A stretch of DNA of 29,369 nt, taken from positions 1 to 29,369 of the IMG/VR virus record IMGVR_UViG_3300030376_007233. One strand, written 5' to 3'. Both the position numbers and the translations under genes were made by a program. Below are positions 1 to 8,255 of the stretch, one piece after another (positions within the stretch are counted from its first letter, which is position 1; every line of letters begins with the position of its first letter). A model generated the notes under the pieces. The model saw only the letters and a program-made list of their open reading frames with translations. It did not search any database and was not told the DNA's origin. The stretch comes from a virus (Duplodnaviria; Caudoviricetes).

Positions 1-80
1 CTATCTATGACCACGATAATTTCTCTCTATACATCAAAAACAATGCTTAATGAACTATGAAACCAACGGACAAATAACCA

Positions 81-617
81 ATGCCAAGACATCCAAAAGG
101 AAAAGCACCCCAACACAAGTTGACAGAAAGACAAAGACAAGAAATTGTTCGTCTTTGTCTAGCGGGTGAAATGACATACACAGCCATCGCCAAAAAGTTC
201 GGGTGTTCTCTTCCCAATGTTTCCAGGTTGATGAAAAAATATCGAACCGACAAGGAAAAGAATGAAGCCAAAGCCCAAGCCAGAAAGGAAGCCCAAAAGA
301 AAATCCATGAAAACTACGATACAGACCCAATCAGATTTCGTATAGGAAAACTATTGGAGATTGAATCGGATATCGAATTTGCCAGAGAAGAAAAAGTTAT
401 TCACACCTTGGGAAGTCTCCACAAATTACATCTGTCATTACATGATGATTTGAGAACACATATCGAAGCATCCAAAGAAGTACATGGAACTACACCCCAT
501 CAATTAAAGATTGAGATTGTCGATGCTATCCAATCTCTTCCACCCATTCTGAAGAAACAGATTATGGATGAACTACTGGTGGACAATTCTAATGTTGTGA
601 GATTGCAACAAAAATGA
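81..617 (+). CDS. terS: Terminase small subunit (N-terminal HTH)
   Basis: HTH-like MTYTAIAKKFGCSLPNVSRLMKKY; overlaps the terminase large start (ATGA). Confidence 0.7.
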   Translation: MPRHPKGKAPQHKLTERQRQEIVRLCLAGEMTYTAIAKKFGCSLPNVSRLMKKYRTDKEKNEAKAQARKEAQKKIHENYDTDPIRFRIGKLLEIESDIEFAREEKVIHTLGSLHKLHLSLHDDLRTHIEASKEVHGTTPHQLKIEIVDAIQSLPPILKKQIMDELLVDNSNVVRLQQK

Positions 618-2059
618 TTTCTCTTCTACAAGCAGCGAAAAAAACGAAACAGCTACAGGAATTGGCCAATGCCAAACCTCTAGATTTCTTCATGCCATCA
701 CCACCCCAGAAACGGGTCTTGGAATGTACGCATCCCATTACCCTATTTCGAGCGGCCAACCAATTAGGAAAAACTTTTGTGGGGGCGGCTGAATGTTTGT
801 ACATGATGAAAGGGTATTCACCTTGGAAAGATATCAGCCACATAAAACCACCTATCACGATATGGGCTATTGTCCATAGCTGGGAACAATCCAAAATCAT
901 CCAAGCAAAAATCCATTCACTGATTGGGGCTGATGAATATGCAGAAGATAGCCCAGAATATCAAGAAGGTAGAGGATACCGAGCAAAGAACCCATGGTTC
1001 AAACTGAAAAATGGTTCCATGTTGTTCTTCAAAACTGCAAACCAAGGAACTTTGGGGGCTGCCAGTGGTACGATTTCATTTTGTTGGGTGGATGAACCCT
1101 GTCCACAAGCTCTTTTTGGAGAATTGGCAGCTCGTCTTCTGAGAAATAGAGGTAGAATGTTGATGACCATGACCCCAATAGGGGGGGGTGATTTAACGTG
1201 GTTAAAAAAATTAACAGAAACCAATCCTCCAAAGGTTAGAGATATTCATGCTCCACTATCCGTAGCAAATACAACGCCCTTGGGGTGTTCACCTTTGTTA
1301 TCTCAAGAAGATGTGGATAGGGTGGCAGACACATATCTTTCTATCGATAAAGGGGCCAGATTTGAAGCCAGTTGGGATATTGGCGTACCCATGGATGGAA
1401 GGATATTTGAACATTTTGGAGAACAACATATTTCAGATGCTCCATGCCCAGTAGGTGAATATAAGTTTTCCATAGGAATAGACCATGGACACACCCCCAC
1501 TTCTCAATGTGCTTTATTGGTGGCGATTTCAGAGGATGATAAAACCATCTATGTTCTGGACGAATATTTCGCGGCTGGTGGTGAGAAAGAAAGAGGAACA
1601 GCTCGGAGACATGCCAGAGCAATGGTGTCAATGATAAGAAGAAACGGCTTGGAACCTTTGCAGATAAACAGATGGACAGGTGATAGACCTCACGGGGGTG
1701 GAAAACATGGTGGTAGAATGTCGAATTCCCTTCTTCGTTCAGCTCTGGAACATGTTCTGGATTATCCCCAAAATGCTTGTCCTTTTCGGATATACACAGC
1801 CCACAAACCAAGATGGTCTGTTTATTATGGATGCCAGCTAATTCATGAAGCCATGGTCCAAGGAAGATTTATTGTTCATCCAAAATGCAAGCGGCTAATT
1901 CGTTCTCTATCTTCTTGGACTTTGAAAAAAAGTGGGGCTATGGATAGACTATCTGAATGGAAACATATAATTGATGCATTACGATATGCAACCACCCCAA
2001 TTCTTGATGTAAAATACAGCCAGCCCAAGTTTTCAAAAATCCCCATCCACAGGAAATAA
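614..2059 (+). CDS. terL: Terminase large subunit
   Basis: Walker A RAANQLGKT, Walker B FCWVDE, motif III MTMTP, RNase H-like nuclease GIDHG and C-terminal HIIDALRY. Confidence 0.93.
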   Translation: MISLLQAAKKTKQLQELANAKPLDFFMPSPPQKRVLECTHPITLFRAANQLGKTFVGAAECLYMMKGYSPWKDISHIKPPITIWAIVHSWEQSKIIQAKIHSLIGADEYAEDSPEYQEGRGYRAKNPWFKLKNGSMLFFKTANQGTLGAASGTISFCWVDEPCPQALFGELAARLLRNRGRMLMTMTPIGGGDLTWLKKLTETNPPKVRDIHAPLSVANTTPLGCSPLLSQEDVDRVADTYLSIDKGARFEASWDIGVPMDGRIFEHFGEQHISDAPCPVGEYKFSIGIDHGHTPTSQCALLVAISEDDKTIYVLDEYFAAGGEKERGTARRHARAMVSMIRRNGLEPLQINRWTGDRPHGGGKHGGRMSNSLLRSALEHVLDYPQNACPFRIYTAHKPRWSVYYGCQLIHEAMVQGRFIVHPKCKRLIRSLSSWTLKKSGAMDRLSEWKHIIDALRYATTPILDVKYSQPKFSKIPIHRK

Positions 2060-2060
2060 T

Positions 2061-3509
2061 ATGTTAACCCAACCAGTGAAGCCAATCTTCCCAGATAAGG
2101 CCAGTAACGACAGAAGCGAGACAACAGCCAGAAGAAGAAGACTTTTGGAAGGTAATTGGGCTCCAGATTTGGAAGATTTTATCGAGGATTCTGTAGCATT
2201 GGATAGACGTGCTATTTGGGGTTCCTTGGATACGTCTTCCAATGTTTTCAAGAATGGATGTGAAGCCCTAGCCGTTTTGTATTCCAGAAAGCCCAATGTT
2301 GGCATCAAAAGAGACAAAGCCCAAGCGGCTTTTGATTTCATAGGCCCCCAAGGGGCTTTGGATAAAAGCCAATATTTCGAAATGATGTCTAGTGTACAAT
2401 TCAAGACTATTGGACTTCGTGAAATGTTGATGAGAATAGATATCAGTGACTCCAATCAGATAATGTTTCGTCCAGTGACACCAGATATGGTTTTTGCCAT
2501 GGCCCCAGCCGGGGACCCAATGAGAGCAAACTATATTTATGAATTGAGACTACGCCAAAATGATGAAACAGGTGAAATGTTTTGGACGGCTGATTGTTAT
2601 GATATCCGTGATATGTCCAATCCCAAATATGCAGTTCACAAAATAGAAAATGATGGAAAATTGGGTGATGATTTATCTGATATCTTCCTTGGTGGAAACC
2701 ATAGTGGGGAGAAATACCCATATCGTGATGGAACTGGAAAACCATTTCTTCCATGGGTCTTTTATCATGCCAGTATAGATGGGAAACTATTTTCACCTTA
2801 TCAACTATCAGAAGTAGTGTCAGGAAGCATGGTGGCTTCCACATATTACACATACCTTAAGCACCTTATGTTCGATAATTCGTTTCCTCAACGCTATACA
2901 GTATCTTGTTCTTTGGCTGGTCTGAATACTATGGATACCAATATGGCATCCCAAAGAATGAGTTTATCGGCTGACCCATCATCCATTCTTTGTTTTGTCT
3001 CAGACCCAGATAGTTCCACCCAACCAATGTTGGGACAATTCCAGGCGGGTATGTCAGACCCTTCCACAATGTTGGGGGCTATTGTTACTTATGAAAGGAG
3101 ATTGGCCACACAAATGGGAATAGACCCAGCCAGTGTACAAAAAGTATCTTCAGACCCAAGAAGTGGGTATTCTATCGCAATGAGTAAGGAGTCAATGAGG
3201 GATGCCCAGCAAAAATACGAATTCCAGTTTCGTGTTTCTGATATGGAAGCAATTTCCAAGGCTGCCATGATATCCAATGCTATTTTGAACACCAATTACC
3301 CAGAAGATGGGTATATAATCAGTTATGAGAGTATCGAGCTGTCAGAAATGGAAGCTAAAGCCCAAAGGGAAAATATCATTGCTCTTTTAGACAAGAATCT
3401 GATTGGACCAGTGGATGCCATAATGAAACTGTACCCAGATATCACCACTGAAGAACAAGCAGTTGAAAAATTACGAACCATAAGACAACAAAAAATTGAA
3501 TTTGCATAA
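2061..3509 (+). CDS. Portal protein
   Basis: 482 aa immediately after terL; portal-like C-terminal SGYSIAM helix region; synteny. Confidence 0.75.
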   Translation: MLTQPVKPIFPDKASNDRSETTARRRRLLEGNWAPDLEDFIEDSVALDRRAIWGSLDTSSNVFKNGCEALAVLYSRKPNVGIKRDKAQAAFDFIGPQGALDKSQYFEMMSSVQFKTIGLREMLMRIDISDSNQIMFRPVTPDMVFAMAPAGDPMRANYIYELRLRQNDETGEMFWTADCYDIRDMSNPKYAVHKIENDGKLGDDLSDIFLGGNHSGEKYPYRDGTGKPFLPWVFYHASIDGKLFSPYQLSEVVSGSMVASTYYTYLKHLMFDNSFPQRYTVSCSLAGLNTMDTNMASQRMSLSADPSSILCFVSDPDSSTQPMLGQFQAGMSDPSTMLGAIVTYERRLATQMGIDPASVQKVSSDPRSGYSIAMSKESMRDAQQKYEFQFRVSDMEAISKAAMISNAILNTNYPEDGYIISYESIELSEMEAKAQRENIIALLDKNLIGPVDAIMKLYPDITTEEQAVEKLRTIRQQKIEFA

Positions 3510-3525
3510 TACAGGAGAATGAACC

Positions 3526-4218
3526 ATGAAAACAATTGAACATGAAGGACAAGAATATATTCTGAAATCTGAAGTGGATGGAATAGTTAGAGAAAGACTA
3601 TCTAAAGTGGCTGAAGGAAAACGAATGGCAGAAGGAAAAGTTTCTGAATTGGAAGCCATGGTGGAAACTATGGCCGAAAAAGTTAAGGGTGTGGATGCCA
3701 TGGCTTCCCAACTTTCCCAATTACAGGATGAATTGGCTGTTTCCAATCAAAAATATGAACGTCATTCAGCCATTGCCAGCCATGGAATAACAGACCCAGA
3801 AATAAGGGACCTTATCGAGTGGCAATACTCCAAAGAGATGAACGGAAAAAGCACAAAGGATAAGAAATCGTTATCAGATTGGATAAGTGGAATGGGTGAA
3901 AGTGGAGAAATCCCCACTGTTTTACAACCATATTTCAGAATACAGGAAGAAGGACAAGAAGCCCAAGCCCCAGCCCAAGCCCAAGCCCCAGCCCAAGCCC
4001 CAGCCCAAGCCCAAAGCCAAGCCCCATCCAATTATCAATCTTCCAATCCAATGGGACAAAGACCTACAACCAATCAAGGTGTAGCCCCAACACAGGACCA
4101 TGCCACAAGTGAAGCCCTTTGGAAAAAAGCAGGAAATGATTTTGATTTTTACCGCCAAAATCGTGAAGAACTCAAAAAACAGTATTATCAGATGAGAAAC
4201 AACAGATTTAAGCAATGA
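3526..4218 (+). CDS. Capsid scaffolding protein (putative)
   Basis: IVRERL motif, coiled coil, Ala/Gln/Pro linker, short C-terminal helix; follows portal; RBS AGGAG. Confidence 0.65.
   Translation: MKTIEHEGQEYILKSEVDGIVRERLSKVAEGKRMAEGKVSELEAMVETMAEKVKGVDAMASQLSQLQDELAVSNQKYERHSAIASHGITDPEIRDLIEWQYSKEMNGKSTKDKKSLSDWISGMGESGEIPTVLQPYFRIQEEGQEAQAPAQAQAPAQAPAQAQSQAPSNYQSSNPMGQRPTTNQGVAPTQDHATSEALWKKAGNDFDFYRQNREELKKQYYQMRNNRFKQ
3961..4026 (+). repeat. In-frame 6-bp-period tandem repeat (GCCCAA/GCCCCA) encoding an AQAP linker
   Basis: Directly visible; about 11 hexamer units. Confidence 0.9.
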
Positions 4219-4463
4219 TAACCAATCTAACGGCCTATAATATAGGTGGTGAATACTATCTACATCCAGGAAAACCCAATGGCAACACAAAGAAAAAAAT
4301 ACAAAGGCTTATCCAAGAAAACAAAAAAGCCCAAAAGAAAATCGATTGCTATAGCTTTGTCGATGGCTGGGAAGAAGAAAAAAAAGACTTACACAAAGAA
4401 GAAAAAATAACCAATAAACTAAAGGAAAAAATATCATGGCAACAATTGACCTTACCACTTTAA
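4215..4463 (+). CDS. Hypothetical Lys-rich protein
   Basis: Fills the gap; ATGA overlap with the scaffold stop. Confidence 0.55.
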   Translation: MITNLTAYNIGGEYYLHPGKPNGNTKKKIQRLIQENKKAQKKIDCYSFVDGWEEEKKDLHKEEKITNKLKEKISWQQLTLPL

Positions 4464-4744
4464 ATTGGAAAAATGGTGGTGCAAATTATGTTCTAACAGG
4501 TGTTGGAACGGTAAACGAAGAAATAAAACTTCCAAAATGGGCCAAATTGGTGACTGTCCAAGCAGTTTCACAAGCAATCAAAGTATCTTATGAAGGAACA
4601 ATTAATTCTTCTCCAGTGGCAGCGGCTTTTCCACAAGCGGTGAACAGCATAATCCAATACAACCCAGTTCAGACCAGTTCAGACAGATTTATGTATCTTG
4701 CTGGCCAGGCATCCACAGCAACTATTTATTTGATATTCGAATAG
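4436..4744 (+). CDS. Hypothetical virion-associated beta-rich protein
   Basis: RBS AAGGA; structural-protein-like composition; within the head module. Confidence 0.6.
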   Translation: MATIDLTTLNWKNGGANYVLTGVGTVNEEIKLPKWAKLVTVQAVSQAIKVSYEGTINSSPVAAAFPQAVNSIIQYNPVQTSSDRFMYLAGQASTATIYLIFE

Positions 4745-4757
4745 AAAAAGGTGAACC

Positions 4758-4982
4758 ATGGCCATTCCAATATACAGCCCACCAGGCGATGGGCTAAGCC
4801 AAACCACAACTGATTTTGTAAATCAATCTAGTGTATCAATTTCCCATTCTTATAGTCACAAACCCAGAGTTTTGATAGTAAATTCAGATGGTTATCAGAT
4901 AATGGGAGATATCCAATTTTTCAGCAATTCCATAACGATTACATTTGTAGAGGCTATCTCTGGCACGGTTTATCTGACATAA
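4758..4982 (+). CDS. Small virion protein resembling the C-terminal domain of the adjacent fibre
   Basis: ISHSYSHKPRVLIVNSDG...GDIQF aligns by eye with ITHNLGKKLVHVSAMDSAG...LDVQY of 5013..6695. Confidence 0.6.
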   Translation: MAIPIYSPPGDGLSQTTTDFVNQSSVSISHSYSHKPRVLIVNSDGYQIMGDIQFFSNSITITFVEAISGTVYLT

Positions 4983-5012
4983 GATTTTTTAACCCCCAAC
5001 GGAGATATATCC

Positions 5013-6695
5013 ATGGATTTTTTTAACCCAGTAGTAAATTTTAAGGGTGCTGTAGAATGTGAAACAGCCCCAACAGCAAATAATCATATGGTACGGAAAC
5101 AAGATGTTTCTAGCCTATCTTTCATCAATGGAATCGCCAGTGGTTCTTCTTCGATGCTATCAGTATCAGGTGGAGAACTTTCCATTAATTCATTGGCAAT
5201 AACAGATGTACATGTTGACAATAGCCAAACCACCTTGGCTAATTTTGTATCCAATGAAAGTTCCACAGCGGCTAGCCTAAAAGAAGGTGATGTTCTTATT
5301 CTTACCGCTCCCAGTGATGGAACAGAAACATACATCATTTCTGGTGCTGATGGTTCTGTGGTTGGAAACTATACCCAGATTGAAAGCCCACTAACAGCGG
5401 CTGAAGTTGGTTCTGTTCTTGTTGCTGGTGATGGTGTATCTGTCAATGCTGCCAATGCAACCATTTCAGCAAATATCGCGGCTGGTTCTGGTCTTTCTTC
5501 TTCTGTAAACAGTGGACAAATTACCTTCGCATTCTCTGGAAACAGTGATATCGTGGCTGAAGGTTCTTCCAATCAATACTTCACCCAAGCGCGCGCGCGT
5601 GGAAGTGTCCAAGCCGATGGCGCGGCTGGAAACCTATTGACCTACACAAGTGGAACAGGTAATTTGGCTGTTTCCACTGCTAGTGTTCGTGGTGTTATTT
5701 CTGGTGGTGCTGGCCTTACATACAATAGTGGTACAGGTGCCATGTCTTTCAGTGGTGACAGTGATGTGGTGGCAGAAGGAAGCACCAATAAATATTATAC
5801 AGATGCCAGAAGTCGAGCTGCTATCAGTGGTGGAACTGGGATTTCATACAACAGTGGAACAGGTGCTTTGGCTATCAGCCTAACAGGTGGGGCGGCCATT
5901 GGTGTTTCTGGAAATACCATATCTTTCAATGGTGATACATCAGATGTGGCAGAAGGGTCCAATCAGTACTTCACCCAAGCGCGCGCGCGTGGTTCTGTCC
6001 AAGCCGACCCAGCGGCAGGAAACCTTTTATCATATACAAGTGGAAGTGGTGATTTGTTGGTTTCCACTGCCAGTGTTCGTGGTGCTTTTGCGGCTGGTGC
6101 TGCCATTGGAATTTCCAGTGGAACAATTTCTTTCAATGGTGATACATCAGATGTGGCAGAAGGGTCCAATCAGTACTTCACCCAAGCCCGTGCACGTGGT
6201 TCTGTCCAAGCCGACCCAGCATCTGGAAACCTTTTATCATACACTAGTGGAAGTGGTGATTTGTTGGTTTCCACTGCTAGTGTTCGCGGTGTTCTCAGTG
6301 CTGGAACTGGCATAGCATATAACAGTGGAACAGGTGCTATTTCTGTTAATGCCACCACATCCAATATTCCAGAAGGTTCCAATCAGTATTATACTGATGC
6401 TCGTGTTCGTGGTGCCATCGGTGCTGGTTCTTCTGCTGATGAATTGATTGTGTACAATGCTGGAAATGGTTCTTTCTCTTTGGAATTGCAAGCATTGCGA
6501 TTTGAAGCACAAAGCACTTTAACCGCAAACACAGCCCAAACCATCACCCATAATCTTGGGAAGAAACTGGTTCATGTATCCGCAATGGATTCGGCTGGAA
6601 ATCTTGTTCAGTTGGATGTCCAATACATTTCCACCAGTGCCTTGAAAGTTACAAGCGCGGTTGGTGTTACTGTTGATTTGGCTGTTTCTTTGTAG
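5013..6695 (+). CDS. Repetitive fibre/spike protein (possibly a head fibre)
   Basis: Gly/Ser/Thr/Ala rich; five copies of a V/I-x-EGSx(N)xY(F/Y)TxARxR repeat typical of phage fibres; RBS GGAG. Confidence 0.8.
   Translation: MDFFNPVVNFKGAVECETAPTANNHMVRKQDVSSLSFINGIASGSSSMLSVSGGELSINSLAITDVHVDNSQTTLANFVSNESSTAASLKEGDVLILTAPSDGTETYIISGADGSVVGNYTQIESPLTAAEVGSVLVAGDGVSVNAANATISANIAAGSGLSSSVNSGQITFAFSGNSDIVAEGSSNQYFTQARARGSVQADGAAGNLLTYTSGTGNLAVSTASVRGVISGGAGLTYNSGTGAMSFSGDSDVVAEGSTNKYYTDARSRAAISGGTGISYNSGTGALAISLTGGAAIGVSGNTISFNGDTSDVAEGSNQYFTQARARGSVQADPAAGNLLSYTSGSGDLLVSTASVRGAFAAGAAIGISSGTISFNGDTSDVAEGSNQYFTQARARGSVQADPASGNLLSYTSGSGDLLVSTASVRGVLSAGTGIAYNSGTGAISVNATTSNIPEGSNQYYTDARVRGAIGAGSSADELIVYNAGNGSFSLELQALRFEAQSTLTANTAQTITHNLGKKLVHVSAMDSAGNLVQLDVQYISTSALKVTSAVGVTVDLAVSL
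5922..6291 (+). repeat. Near-identical internal duplication with a 207-bp (69-aa) period in the fibre gene
   Basis: TCTTTCAATGGTGATACATCAGATGTGGCAGAAGGGTCCAATCAGTACTTCACCCAAGC starts at 5922 and again at 6129. Confidence 0.9.
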
Positions 6696-6713
6696 TCGAT
6701 TTCTCTCCACTAT

Positions 6714-6747
6714 GGGGGTGGGTATCCTCTACCCATCCCCTTTTTTT
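6714..6747 (+). terminator. Rho-independent terminator after the fibre gene
   Basis: Stem GGGGGTGGGTA / TACCCATCCCC, loop TCCTC, followed by T7. Confidence 0.85.
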
Positions 6748-6759
6748 ATGAGGTTATTT

Positions 6760-7137
6760 ATGGTAGAAATAATTATAGCGGCTGTGGTTGGTTTGGTCGT
6801 GGGTGGTTCTTTGACTTTTGGAATAATCCAAGGAACGAAATCCCCAGAAACCATAATCGTACCAAGTGACCCAGTAGCCAAAGAACTTGGCAAACTAGAT
6901 GTGGTTATTCCAATTTGTGAACCAGTATTCATAACCCAAAATGGGGATGGGCTTTGTCGAGAGCTGATGTGTATGACCCAAACCAATTCCGCAACGGGTG
7001 AGATATCTGGGGAGATGTGCAGCAACATAACCAATTTGAGGAATAAAAAAGACTTGATTGGATGGTGTAAAAAAAATCACCCAACCAAGGAGGATTTTGA
7101 AGAGTGTTTGGAAATCTTCCAGAAAAGAGGTATATAA
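6760..7137 (+). CDS. Membrane-anchored Cys-rich hypothetical protein
   Basis: RBS GAGG before ATG 6760; N-terminal TM IIIAAVVGLVVGGSLTFGII; six Cys downstream. Confidence 0.7.
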   Translation: MVEIIIAAVVGLVVGGSLTFGIIQGTKSPETIIVPSDPVAKELGKLDVVIPICEPVFITQNGDGLCRELMCMTQTNSATGEISGEMCSNITNLRNKKDLIGWCKKNHPTKEDFEECLEIFQKRGI

Positions 7138-7141
7138 TAAG

Positions 7142-7230
7142 TTATTCACAGGTTATACACAGCCTATGAATAACTTGTGTATAAAAAGTTCTACACAGGT
7201 TATACACAGTTATGAATAACTTGTGTATAA
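7142..7230. promoter_or_regulatory. Array of eight DnaA-box-like 9-mers in two tandem units
   Basis: Five perfect TTWTNCACA boxes (7142+, 7153+, 7176-, 7200+, 7222-) and three with one mismatch (7165-, 7189+, 7211-). Confidence 0.8.
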
Positions 7231-7231
7231 T
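7203..7231 (+). promoter_or_regulatory. Putative sigma70-type promoter for the major capsid gene, overlapping DnaA boxes
   Basis: TATAAT at 7226-7231; weak -35 TACACA at 17-bp spacing. Confidence 0.45.
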
Positions 7232-7238
7232 GTGAATG

Positions 7239-7276
7239 TGTGGTTAGGTTCGCAACCGTAAACAGCGTAGGCCACG
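7239..7276 (+). ncRNA. Candidate structured 5' leader (stem, inner hairpin, possible pseudoknot) of the capsid mRNA
   Basis: TGTGGTT/GGCCACG outer stem, GGT-TCGCA-ACC hairpin, loop CGC complementary to GCG at 7265-7267. Confidence 0.35.
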
Positions 7277-7305
7277 AAAAACCAATAACCATATAGGAAA
7301 AAAAA

Positions 7306-8241
7306 ATGGCTGAAATTAAATATTCGACGCTAATCAGTACAGGTACTAATCCTGGATTGCGTCTTGACAAAATGATAGAAAATGAAGTGCGTGCCCTTCT
7401 TTTTGACGCGGCTTCTATCCGTAATTCTGGGGCTTTGCTCTTTGCGGGCGATATTGCAGGTGCTGGTAGTGCTGCCCTTTCAATGCGTTACGCGGGTTTG
7501 GATGGGTATGAACCCATGAATACCGTGGCTGATGGTACTGAAATTGCAAACACCAACCTTACTTCTTCAATTGCAGATATCACAGTTGGTCGGATTGGTC
7601 TTCGTTACGACCTTACAGATTTGGCAGCTATGACCAAATTGGGCAATGATATAGATGTATTTCGTCTGGCTGGTTCTATGGCTGGGGCTTTTGAGTCTCG
7701 TTTCATGGAAATGATTTGCGCTTTGTTCTCTTCTGCTACTTCTTCCGCTGGAACCACTGGCGTGGATATGTCAGTGGACGATTTTATGGACGGGCTATAT
7801 CTTTTAGAAATTCAAAATAACCCATCTCAGCTTTTCGCCTGCCTCCACCCACGGCAAATTGCGGATTTGCAATCGTCGATTCGTAATGAAACCGCAAATG
7901 CAATAGCTTTTAACCCAGCCCACCACGACCTTATCAAGAGTCTTGGACAAGGTTTTGTAGGCGATTTTATGGGTGTCCAAATCCATAAATCTGCTTATGT
8001 TCCATCTGATGGAACTGACCGTTCTGGGGCTATGTTTTCAGCCGGTGCTATTGCCTATGCTTTGGGAACTCCTCTTCCATTGGCTGGTCCTGCTGGCGAA
8101 ATTCGCCCCGCTGGAACCCCCGTTTTGGTCGAGCTGGAACGTGATTCGGCCTACTCTTTGACAAAAGTAGTTGGTACAGCGTACACAGGTGCTGCAATTT
8201 GCGAACAAAGCCGAATTGTAGAGCTACTTTCAGACGCATAA
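7306..8241 (+). CDS. Major capsid protein (HK97-fold, putative)
   Basis: 311 aa; capsid-like LHPRQIADL, GFVGDFMGVQI and ELERD segments; codon usage visibly distinct from neighbours; RBS AGGA. Confidence 0.82.
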   Translation: MAEIKYSTLISTGTNPGLRLDKMIENEVRALLFDAASIRNSGALLFAGDIAGAGSAALSMRYAGLDGYEPMNTVADGTEIANTNLTSSIADITVGRIGLRYDLTDLAAMTKLGNDIDVFRLAGSMAGAFESRFMEMICALFSSATSSAGTTGVDMSVDDFMDGLYLLEIQNNPSQLFACLHPRQIADLQSSIRNETANAIAFNPAHHDLIKSLGQGFVGDFMGVQIHKSAYVPSDGTDRSGAMFSAGAIAYALGTPLPLAGPAGEIRPAGTPVLVELERDSAYSLTKVVGTAYTGAAICEQSRIVELLSDA

Positions 8242-8255
8242 TTATCTTGTTGGGT

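Noticed and set aside
3887-4084. Alternative-frame PKPQ repeat ORF in the scaffold gene
   Set aside because: By-product of the hexamer repeat
5922-6291. Diversity-generating retroelement template/variable repeat pair
   Set aside because: No reverse transcriptase; both copies are in frame and differences are mostly synonymous, not adenine-specific
7141-7230. CRISPR-like or simple tandem repeat reading of the pre-capsid repeats
   Set aside because: Only two ~46-bp units with no unique spacers; the internal 9-mer structure fits DnaA boxes better
7239-7285. Known ribozyme or riboswitch (pistol, twister, hammerhead, preQ1-I) in the capsid leader
   Set aside because: Only fragments resemble these families; required core elements and spacings are missing, so it is kept only as an unnamed candidate
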